DNA from: Candidatus Doudnabacteria bacterium
GTDB taxonomy: Bacteria; Patescibacteriota; Doudnabacteria; UBA920
Direction of reading: 5' to 3'
Length of the DNA stretch: 64,000 nt
NCBI GenBank assembly: GCA_003151625.1
Contig: PLYC01000010.1
Span: 4,283-68,282 of the forward strand
This document shows, one piece after another, positions 56,459 to 64,000 of the stretch (positions are counted from its first letter, which is position 1; each line of letters starts with the position of its first letter). The translations under genes and the position numbers were made by a program. The notes under the pieces were generated by a model that had not been told where the DNA came from, did not search any database, and saw nothing but the letters and a program-made list of their open reading frames with translations.

Positions 56459-56746
56459 ATGAAATATGTACATGAGTATGGAGTGGAGTTGGAGGAGTTG
56501 ATTAAAAAAGCTTCTAAAAGCCAAGCGTTGTTACATGAATTTTTGTTCGATTTGCTGTCCCCCGCCGAATACAAAGACTTGGCAGTTAGGTGGCAAATTG
56601 TCAAACAGCTACAGAAAGGGCTTTCCCAAAGAGACATCGCCAAAAACCTCAAAGTAAGTATTTCAACAGTTACAAGAGGCTCCAGGGAAATGCTAAACAA
56701 AAAAGGCGGATTTTCCCAACTACTAAACAAACATTATTCAAAGTAA
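56459..56746 (+). CDS. TrpR/YerC/YecD-family transcriptional regulator
   Basis: LLSPAEYKDLAVRWQIVKQLQKGLSQRDIAKNLKVSISTVTRGSRE matches the Trp-repressor-like HTH fold family. Confidence 0.65.
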   Translation: MKYVHEYGVELEELIKKASKSQALLHEFLFDLLSPAEYKDLAVRWQIVKQLQKGLSQRDIAKNLKVSISTVTRGSREMLNKKGGFSQLLNKHYSK

Positions 56747-56852
56747 ACAAATTAACACAAATTAGGAACTAGTATGCACAAAACACGAATCTAATGTGAT
56801 TCGTGTTTATTAGTGCAGTATTAGTGTTAATTTGTATCCTTTAATTTGTATC

Positions 56853-57173
56853 TTAATGTATTTTTGACCTTCTGCGCCTAAGACTAACCTGCTTGTCTTT
56901 GTGGCGGGTTAGCTGTTCCTTAATTTTAGGCATTACCAAGTCAAAGGCCGCGTAAATATCCAGCCCCCGGGCTTCGGCAAAATGTCCTTTGGGCTGGATG
57001 TCTATTTCCGCTCGAAACGGCGGTTCGTTTTTGCGTTTTTTCTCAACTTCTATTTCCACGCGAATTTTATCTTCCGAGCGGAAGAACACTTCCAGTGTTT
57101 TAAGCTTATCTTCAATATAGTTTTTTATTGACGGCGTTAAGGTGGTGTTGGTGGCTTTTATATTTATGTTCAT
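56853..57173 (-). CDS. hpf: Ribosome hibernation promoting factor (HPF/RaiA family, short form)
   Basis: [42 protein letters not shown], typical of S30AE. Confidence 0.8.
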   Translation of the reverse strand: MNINIKATNTTLTPSIKNYIEDKLKTLEVFFRSEDKIRVEIEVEKKRKNEPPFRAEIDIQPKGHFAEARGLDIYAAFDLVMPKIKEQLTRHKDKQVSLRRRRSKIH

Positions 57174-57300
57174 AGTACCGCGAATTTCTCGCGGATCTGC
57201 TACGCGGATATTAACGCAGATCTTTAACTTTTAAATTATACCACACTTGAGTAACAATGGGCACCAGTGTGCAGTACAATGATGCCCATTGTTACGTTTT

Positions 57301-58401
57301 TTAAAAACCAATCAATTCCGGCTCAAATTGTAATTCAATGCCGGTTTTAGCCAAAACGGTTTGCCTTACAATGTTGGCTAAATTTAGGACATCTCTGGCT
57401 GTGGCCTGACCGGTTTGGTTAATAATTACCAATGGCTGATTTGGATTTATACCCGCTCCTCCGCTTTGCAGGTTTTTTAATCCGCACAAATCTATCAGGA
57501 AGGCCGCCGGCACCTTGACCAAATTGAGTTGATTTTCTTTTAGCACGATTTTAACGGCCGTTAAAATCGTGCTATCTAAAAATTTCTTTTTTTCAAGTTC
57601 GTCGACTTTTTCTTTTCCAAATTCACCCAATACCCTATCCTTTAAAGCCTGATAGGCCTCCGGACTTAAAATCGGGTTCTTAAAAAAGGATCCTGCGTTT
57701 CCCAGCTTAGCTTCTTTGGGAAACGGAAATTTCTTATCCCTTATGGCTATTATCTCTTGCCTAATTTGGTCCGGTTTCGGGCTCTGCCCTTGAAACTTCA
57801 TTTTTAAATCCCGGTAATCCAAATTGGGCTTGCCGTTTTTTTCCAGCTTAAAAACAATATTAAAAATTATGTGCTTGCCTTTATCGGCCGAGTTAAAAAT
57901 ACTTTGGCGGTAAGCAAAGCCGCAATTGGCAGCGGGTAAGTTTAAAATTTGATGGGTTTCTTTGTTAAACACCGCTACCGATTCAATAACCTTAGAAGCT
58001 TCCTGACCGTAAGCGCCAACGTTTTGCACGGCAATAGCGCCGGTGGAACCAGGGATGCGAGATAAATTTTCAATTCCCCACCAGTTATTTTTCACGGCAA
58101 ACTTGACCACCTCGTCCCAAACCTCTCCAGACGCGACTTTTAGCAAAACATCATTATCATTATTATTTATTACTTCAATCCCCTTATTTACAACTTTAAT
58201 AACGAGTCCGTTAAAACCTTCATCGCTAACCAAAATATTGCTTCCCCCGCCCAATACAAAAGTTTTTAGCTGATGATTTTTGGCAAACTCATAAGCCTCT
58301 AAAGCGTCAAACTGATCTCCCACCACGCAAAACCACCTGGCCACCCCGCCAATTTTGAACGAGGTATATGGAGCTAATAAAACACTTTCCTGGATTTGCA
58401 T
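57301..58401 (-). CDS. murB: UDP-N-acetylenolpyruvoylglucosamine reductase
   Basis: FKIGG, LGGGSNIL FAD-binding motifs, and a C-terminal MurB domain with an extension. Confidence 0.8.
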   Translation of the reverse strand: MQIQESVLLAPYTSFKIGGVARWFCVVGDQFDALEAYEFAKNHQLKTFVLGGGSNILVSDEGFNGLVIKVVNKGIEVINNNDNDVLLKVASGEVWDEVVKFAVKNNWWGIENLSRIPGSTGAIAVQNVGAYGQEASKVIESVAVFNKETHQILNLPAANCGFAYRQSIFNSADKGKHIIFNIVFKLEKNGKPNLDYRDLKMKFQGQSPKPDQIRQEIIAIRDKKFPFPKEAKLGNAGSFFKNPILSPEAYQALKDRVLGEFGKEKVDELEKKKFLDSTILTAVKIVLKENQLNLVKVPAAFLIDLCGLKNLQSGGAGINPNQPLVIINQTGQATARDVLNLANIVRQTVLAKTGIELQFEPELIGF

Positions 58402-58403
58402 AG

Positions 58404-59258
58404 TTAAATTAATTTTAATTTACCATTCTTCATAAAATCTTTCGCCGTTTCAATCCCAATTTTAACATTTTTTGACAGTTTTGAAGCATCCTTCTCCAGC
58501 CAGTCTCCTGGCAATACAAATTCCGGCTGGATAACAAGTAAATTTTTATCTTTTTCAATTTTATTCAAAATACCGTTGCACAATCGGGGCGTCATGGCCA
58601 CCATCTTTTTAAGCTTTGGTTCCTTTAAAAGCACTTTGGAGCCTAACTCCCAAGCCCAATTTTTTAAACGATACCCTTTGGGGTATGTAAGCAAAACGAC
58701 TTTGGTTAAATAATTTTTTAATTCCGGGTGGTTAATTGGCGGCTGGGCGGTAAAACCTCCGTCATAATAAACTTCTCCATTAAGACAAACATCTTTCGTA
58801 AGAATTGGGGCGCTTACAGAAGCTATCAGAGTGTCAATAACGTTATCGGACTTCGTAAGGTCAATAAAGTACGCCTTACTGGCCCCGGGCTTAGTTAAGC
58901 TAACAACCAACTGCGATTTAGCATTCTTTAACTTTTTTAGGTTCAAAGGCTCAATCTTTGTTATAACCTTGCGTAAATAATCCAAATCGTAATAAGGATG
59001 AAAATTTTTCCAAACTATAAAACCTTTAGGCAAATGTTTTTCCCATATCCGCAGCCCCTCTTTGATTTGGCCTGTTAAAAAATAAGCCAAACAAAATGCA
59101 CCCGCGGATGTCCCGACGCATAAATCAAAATATCCGTCTTTTATATCGTTCTCAACAAATCCTTTTAACACTCCGGCCATAAACGACCCTTGCATGCCTC
59201 CGCCATCGCAAATTAAAGCTCTTTTTTCCCTTAAGCTTTTTGCTGATTTTTTAACCAT
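58404..59258 (-). CDS. Patatin-like phospholipase (paralog 1)
   Basis: ICDGGGMQGSF (GGGxxG oxyanion loop), GTSAG (GxSxG nucleophile), and an aspartate-containing C-terminal motif. Confidence 0.7.
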   Translation of the reverse strand: MVKKSAKSLREKRALICDGGGMQGSFMAGVLKGFVENDIKDGYFDLCVGTSAGAFCLAYFLTGQIKEGLRIWEKHLPKGFIVWKNFHPYYDLDYLRKVITKIEPLNLKKLKNAKSQLVVSLTKPGASKAYFIDLTKSDNVIDTLIASVSAPILTKDVCLNGEVYYDGGFTAQPPINHPELKNYLTKVVLLTYPKGYRLKNWAWELGSKVLLKEPKLKKMVAMTPRLCNGILNKIEKDKNLLVIQPEFVLPGDWLEKDASKLSKNVKIGIETAKDFMKNGKLKLI

Positions 59259-59440
59259 AAATATTTATACTGCTTAGTATTGGTAAAAGAAAAGCCGAGT
59301 GAAATTATGAATCTTTGTGTTGTTAGCGGCAGCTTTCTGTCTCATTATGGCCTACATTCTCATAGGCCTAATCATAGCCGCGGAATGCTGCAAGAGCATC
59401 AAACGGATTCAAGAATTATCTTCATCGTCATTTGTAAAAA

Positions 59441-60319
59441 TTAAAGCAACTTGATAGGCTCCGAGGATCCGAACAAATTTTTAACCTGGCCAGCGAACAT
59501 TTGGCAGTCGTTTTTTAAAACAGCGCTTCGGGTTTCAAATCTTTCCATCTTTTGCCAAAATTCGCTTTTTATAGTATCAAAGTCCGGGCTGACTTCGCAA
59601 ACTTTTTGGTTGTCCAGTTTGGAAAAGTTTTCTCTAATGTAGTCTGTTTGCCAAGAATAATTATAAATTACCAATACGTCCGTGGCTCCGGAATTTAAAA
59701 CGTGCTCAAAAAAATCGGCAACCGCCCGGTCCGCCACAATATCCCGGTAATAACTGCCCCTGATTTTTATTTTTCCGCCCGCGATATATTTTAGGCACAA
59801 AGACGCCTCCAGCAAAGAGCGGTATTCGGCTTCCCTAAAATCGTGAACTTCCAAATATTCGGTTCGGCCGTCTTTAGAAAGGTTGATAAACATATTTTGA
59901 AGTTTTGTTTTACCCTGGAGGATGGTTTTAAAATCAAGTTTTTCCTCATCAACCACCTTTAACAGATACTCCATATCGGCAATCTTCCAAAGCCGAAAAA
60001 AGTTTAAAAATTTTCTCCCGGAAAGCTTTTTGTAATAGGTCTCGGCCGCTTTTTTTATTTGGCCGCCCAAAAAAGCCGAAGCGTTTATAAACCCGGAAGA
60101 CATGGTATAAATTTCGTCAAAAGCCCTCGACAAGCCAAGCTCCTCAAGCGCCACCAAAGCCCCCGCGCCTCTGACGCCGACCATTACCCCGCCAAATAAG
60201 ACCAGAGAAATTTTCCTCCCGTCGCCAATAGGTACAGACTTATTTTTTCTGGCCAACAGATGTTCAACAACCAAAGGCATTTTATCTTGGATCATATATT
60301 TAAGAGTGCTTGCCGCCAA
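59441..60319 (-). CDS. Patatin-like phospholipase (paralog 2, divergent)
   Basis: LFGGVMVGVRGAG, and YTMSSGF (a GxSxG variant). Confidence 0.55.
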   Translation of the reverse strand: MAASTLKYMIQDKMPLVVEHLLARKNKSVPIGDGRKISLVLFGGVMVGVRGAGALVALEELGLSRAFDEIYTMSSGFINASAFLGGQIKKAAETYYKKLSGRKFLNFFRLWKIADMEYLLKVVDEEKLDFKTILQGKTKLQNMFINLSKDGRTEYLEVHDFREAEYRSLLEASLCLKYIAGGKIKIRGSYYRDIVADRAVADFFEHVLNSGATDVLVIYNYSWQTDYIRENFSKLDNQKVCEVSPDFDTIKSEFWQKMERFETRSAVLKNDCQMFAGQVKNLFGSSEPIKLL

Positions 60320-61016
60320 ACGTTTTTTTAACTAATAACGTCGCGTCCGGAACGTTGGTAATTATTGCCTTTATAGCTTTGTTTTGACTGTATTCGGTAA
60401 TTTTTTTTGGGCTGTCTATCGTCCAAGCCCAAATTGGCAGGCTATTTTGTTCGGCTTTTTTTATGAATTTTGGTTTAAGAAGTCTAAAATTTGGGGCAAT
60501 AAAATCCGCTTTTGCCAAAATGGCTTTTTTAAATGGCCCCCCGATTTTGGTTGTAACCCTAAAATAATCGCAAAGTAATCCGCAGATAATTTTTTTGTCG
60601 TAAGCTTTTACGGCCTTAATAGCAGAATCGTAAAACGAAGTAATAACAAAATCCTTATACGATAAACTGCCTTTTAAAACATTAGTCACTTTTGATTCAT
60701 AACCCTTTTCTTTTAATTCAATATCCAGCTTTATTTTACCTTTAACCGGCTTGATTAAATCGTGCAGCGTAGGGATATCAAAATTTCTTTTTTGCGCTGC
60801 TTTACGCAAGTCCCAATATTTTGTTTTTTTGATTCTTAGTCTTCCTACCGTACTATCGTGATGCAAAATCAAAACTCCATCCGCTGTTTTCCTGACATCG
60901 GTCTCTATATAATCCGCGCCCAGCTCAATTGCCTTAGCAAAGGCTTTTAATGTATTTTCGTGTTCAAAATTGGAAGCGCCTCTGTGGGCAATTATAAACG
61001 GTTGTCCCAATTTCAT
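60300..61016 (-). CDS. Glycerophosphodiester phosphodiesterase (GDPD)
   Basis: IIAHRGASNFEHENTLKAFAKAIELGADYIETDVRKTADGVLILHHD. Confidence 0.8.
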   Translation of the reverse strand: MKLGQPFIIAHRGASNFEHENTLKAFAKAIELGADYIETDVRKTADGVLILHHDSTVGRLRIKKTKYWDLRKAAQKRNFDIPTLHDLIKPVKGKIKLDIELKEKGYESKVTNVLKGSLSYKDFVITSFYDSAIKAVKAYDKKIICGLLCDYFRVTTKIGGPFKKAILAKADFIAPNFRLLKPKFIKKAEQNSLPIWAWTIDSPKKITEYSQNKAIKAIITNVPDATLLVKKTFGGKHS

Positions 61017-62473
61017 AATATTTCTTTTAACTCATAGGCCAAGCGGTTAAAGCTACCCACGGCCATAACAATAATTACATCGGTTGCTTTTGCCTCAGCT
61101 TTTATAATATTTAACGCCTGTTCTTTATTTTCAATAAGCCTGATTGAGTTGTCAGTTGCGAGTTGCGAGTTATAAGCCTTAATTGCCTCAATTACGTCCA
61201 AGGATTTAATTGTTGCTTCGGAGGCTTTCTCGCGGGCTGGATAAATTTCGGATATGAGTACCTCATTGGCATCGCCAAATGACGTGGCAAGATCGGCCAG
61301 GGTTGCTTTGGTGCGGGAAAAGGTGTGGGGCTCGAATACAGCCCAAATTTTGCCTTTAGGATAGCGCAGACGCGCGGCAGAAAGGGTTTCGCGGACTGCT
61401 GTGGCGTGGTGGGCGTAGTCGTCTATTATAGTAACGCCGTTTTTTACGCCAACCAGTTCAAAACGCCTTTTAACTCCCTGGTAAGTTATTAAGTCAAGCG
61501 CAATTTGATCCTGCGCAAACCCTAACGATCGTAAAGTTGCAATAGCGGCTAACGCATTGTAAACGTTTATTTTCCCGGGCAGCTGGATTTTGTACTGCTC
61601 CGTTTGCCCAAGCAGTTTGCTGGAAACGCTCTTGGAGAATTTATTAATAACTTCAAGGGTGGTAAATTCCCCATATTGCACCTGCTCTACTCTAAAATCC
61701 GCTTCATTGTCTATGCCAAAACTGACGCTACTTATGTTAGACTCGTTAACAAGCTTGGTAAGCGAGGCGTCATCGGCGTTATAAATAATTAAACCGTCAT
61801 CGGGCATTTTTTCAATCAGTAGGCGAAATTCTTGCTCTAACGCTTCAAGATTCGGGAATAGATCCGGATGGTCGTATTCAAGGTTTGTTAAAACCAAAAT
61901 GTCCGGTTTGTAATACTGAAATTTTGGCGTTGGGTCGTCGAACTCTTCTTTATATTCATCCCCTTCAAATACAAAATAGTTTCCGTCTCCCAAGTAAAAA
62001 TTACTCTGGTAATTTTGCAAAACCGCGCCGGCCATAAAAGAACTATCATCAAGATTTTTAAATAAGTGCCCGAGCAGTCCGGTGGTAGTAGACTTGCCAT
62101 GAGTGCCGGCCACAACAATCCTTAGTTTTTCTTTTGACAGATGATGCAAAAGTTCCGCAAAGCCGCAATGCGGCAAATTTTGTTCATAAATATATTTAAC
62201 TTCCGGGTTTTCTTCACTCTCCCCTGCCGACAAAATAAATAAGTCAGCGCCAGAAGATTTAATTTGCTCCTGATTATAACCCAAAAAATATTTTATTTTG
62301 GACTTTTCCAAAACGTCTTTGGCCGGCGAATAAACTTCTTTGCTATCCGAACCCAATACATCAAACTCGAGCTCCATGGCAATGCTGGCCACCGCGGACA
62401 TGGCAATGCCGCCTATACCCACAAAATACAGCCGGGCGTTTGGCTTTATGATATTTTCCAAATCGTTGTTCAT
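61013..62473 (-). CDS. murC: UDP-N-acetylmuramate--L-alanine ligase
   Basis: FVGIGGIAMSAVA, and VAGTHGKSTTTGLL P-loop. Confidence 0.75.
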   Translation of the reverse strand: MNNDLENIIKPNARLYFVGIGGIAMSAVASIAMELEFDVLGSDSKEVYSPAKDVLEKSKIKYFLGYNQEQIKSSGADLFILSAGESEENPEVKYIYEQNLPHCGFAELLHHLSKEKLRIVVAGTHGKSTTTGLLGHLFKNLDDSSFMAGAVLQNYQSNFYLGDGNYFVFEGDEYKEEFDDPTPKFQYYKPDILVLTNLEYDHPDLFPNLEALEQEFRLLIEKMPDDGLIIYNADDASLTKLVNESNISSVSFGIDNEADFRVEQVQYGEFTTLEVINKFSKSVSSKLLGQTEQYKIQLPGKINVYNALAAIATLRSLGFAQDQIALDLITYQGVKRRFELVGVKNGVTIIDDYAHHATAVRETLSAARLRYPKGKIWAVFEPHTFSRTKATLADLATSFGDANEVLISEIYPAREKASEATIKSLDVIEAIKAYNSQLATDNSIRLIENKEQALNIIKAEAKATDVIIVMAVGSFNRLAYELKEIL

Positions 62474-62482
62474 AAATTGTGA

Positions 62483-63412
62483 TTAAACTACTGATTTTGC
62501 TTTAAGCAACTGCTTAATTTTCGGCAAATTTTGGGCAGCCGAGACTCTGCCAAGTTCATAAAGTTTTTTTAAATTTTCCGGTTCCATTTTTATTTTATTG
62601 GCTTTTGCAACTTTCATTTTTATGACAAGGTCGCACGCCGAGTCGCCCAAGTCAATTTTACTGTTTGCCTGTATTGCCAAATCCATACTCCTGCCAAGTG
62701 TGGTGAATAAATTTGGAATTTCAATTCTATCGTCTAAATTCTTCGGATAAAAATTACTTGCAAATAATTTGATCTCCTTAACAAAAAGCGACTTTTTAAA
62801 AAAATCCAAAAATTTCTTCACACTTAGAAAACCCGGAGCAAAAATATGACTGGTTCCCCCTGTACTTATTCCTACTATTACGTCCGCCCCAAAATTCTTT
62901 AAAGGTTTAACCGGTAAAAACATTAAAAGCCCTCCGTCAACCAAGGTTCTGTTGCCCCATTTTACCGGCTCGAAAATTCCCGGAACTGTACAGGATATTC
63001 TAGCCGCGCTGGCTATTTCACCAATACACAAATCTACAGATTCACCGCTTTCTATGTCAACCGCGGAAAAACTCATTAATGTTTTAACTTCATCAAAATG
63101 AAGCCCTCTTGTAACTTTATCCCTTAATAATTCTTCCAAAACTTCCAGAGAATAAAGGCCGCCGTTGCCGCGCTTTTGGGTTAATATAGCCATAAGCTCC
63201 TTGCGGCTCATATCAAAAACAATTTGTTTAAATTCCTTTAAAGTTCCGCAAGCGTAAGCCGCTGCAACCAAAGACCCGCCGCTGCAGGCGGAAATGTAGT
63301 CTGCTTTAACACCGGCTTCGCTTAAAACTTCCAAAAAGCCAATATAAAAAGTGGTGCGGTTGCCGCTGCCGCTAAAGGCCAAACCCAAAGTTGGTGAAGT
63401 TGATTTTTCCAT
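62483..63412 (-). CDS. Patatin-like phospholipase (paralog 3)
   Basis: FSGSGNRTTF (GxGxR), and ACSGGS (GxSxG). Confidence 0.7.
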   Translation of the reverse strand: MEKSTSPTLGLAFSGSGNRTTFYIGFLEVLSEAGVKADYISACSGGSLVAAAYACGTLKEFKQIVFDMSRKELMAILTQKRGNGGLYSLEVLEELLRDKVTRGLHFDEVKTLMSFSAVDIESGESVDLCIGEIASAARISCTVPGIFEPVKWGNRTLVDGGLLMFLPVKPLKNFGADVIVGISTGGTSHIFAPGFLSVKKFLDFFKKSLFVKEIKLFASNFYPKNLDDRIEIPNLFTTLGRSMDLAIQANSKIDLGDSACDLVIKMKVAKANKIKMEPENLKKLYELGRVSAAQNLPKIKQLLKAKSVV

Positions 63413-64000
63413 TACATGCTTTCCGTTAGCTTATAAATTATTTCGCTAATTTTTTCGTTGGCTTCGTGAGGCATTATTTGCCCAATGTTGTGCTTCAAAA
63501 TATTTTGCGCCTCCTGAGCAAACAACAGCTTCCTAATGAGCGCGACAAAACCGGCCGGGGTAATTCGTTTTTGGTTAAGGACAATTGCCGCTTCGGAGTG
63601 TATTAATAACAGCCCATTTAGCTCCTGATGGCTTTGCGGCATGGGGACAATTATACTTAATTTCCTTAAATTAGACAACTCGGTAAGGGTGGAAAGCCCG
63701 GCTCTTGCCAGAACAATATCGGCCGCTGCATAAGCGCCGGCCATATTCTGTATAAAATCGTAACTATGATAATTTTCATAAATAGACGGCTGTATTTTTC
63801 CGCGGCCGCCGGTGGAATGGATTATTTGTACCGTTTTAGTAAGTTGCGGCAGGCAGTCCAAAATTAAAGTATTAAAAAATTCGGCTCCCGTGCCGCCGCC
63901 TAAAACCAGCAATGTAGGCAAGTCCGTTTTTAAATGAAAAAATTTTTGAGCCTCTCCTTTATCCGCGGCTCTTAGCTCTTCCCGAAACGGATTACCGGTT
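63412..64000 (-). CDS. murG: UDP-GlcNAc:undecaprenyl-PP-MurNAc-pentapeptide GlcNAc transferase, C-terminal half only (the N-terminus lies beyond the window end)
   Basis: LLVLGGGTGAEFFN, and a GT28 C-terminal domain. The reading frame stays open in-frame to position 64000, so the track start at 63921 (a TTG) is an artefact of truncation. Confidence 0.7.
   Translation of the reverse strand, partial: TGNPFREELRAADKGEAQKFFHLKTDLPTLLVLGGGTGAEFFNTLILDCLPQLTKTVQIIHSTGGRGKIQPSIYENYHSYDFIQNMAGAYAAADIVLARAGLSTLTELSNLRKLSIIVPMPQSHQELNGLLLIHSEAAIVLNQKRITPAGFVALIRKLLFAQEAQNILKHNIGQIMPHEANEKISEIIYKLTESM

Overview
The window reads as a gene-dense, AT-rich (~40% GC), standard-code bacterial chromosome segment, plausibly from a reduced-genome Patescibacteria/CPR-like bacterium (inference from gene content; no search was run). 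Nearly all genes are on the minus strand. In minus-sense order: a UvrD-type helicase fused to a RecB-type nuclease (runs off the window start), a PIN-toxin/antitoxin operon with an NYN-domain protein, rmuC, tRNA-Met/tRNA-Asp next to a possible structured RNA, a cca-type tRNA nucleotidyltransferase, a complete F1Fo ATP synthase operon (atpZ-BEFHAGDC) with an extra small ORF at every gene junction, tRNA-Thr, murI, a large pseudopilin-like membrane protein, PPIase/FtsB-like/PH-domain proteins, lepA, murJ, a DUF4012 protein, ftsW, murD, an AbiEii toxin module, an amidohydrolase, mraY, a DD-carboxypeptidase, trxA (plus strand), a VirD4/TraD-like ATPase with a membrane protein and a sigma-region-4 protein, secDF, yfiH, pepN, rdgB, gmk, two Nudix genes (one frameshifted), secA, a compositionally distinct GC-rich cassette of three small ORFs, a TrpR-like repressor with palindromic operators, hpf, murB, three patatin-like phospholipases interleaved with a GDPD and murC, and the 3' half of murG (runs off the window end). 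The most unusual signals are several families of small palindromic repeats. GC-rich palindromes are inserted in-frame inside atpG, murI, lepA and murD, in the manner of Rickettsia palindromic elements. There are also a CTACTAAATACTAA inverted-repeat family, a ~95-nt MITE-like element in two copies, and a repeat-flanked island carrying a strong promoter but no convincing ORF. No CRISPR array and no rRNA were seen. All product calls come from motif recognition by eye.
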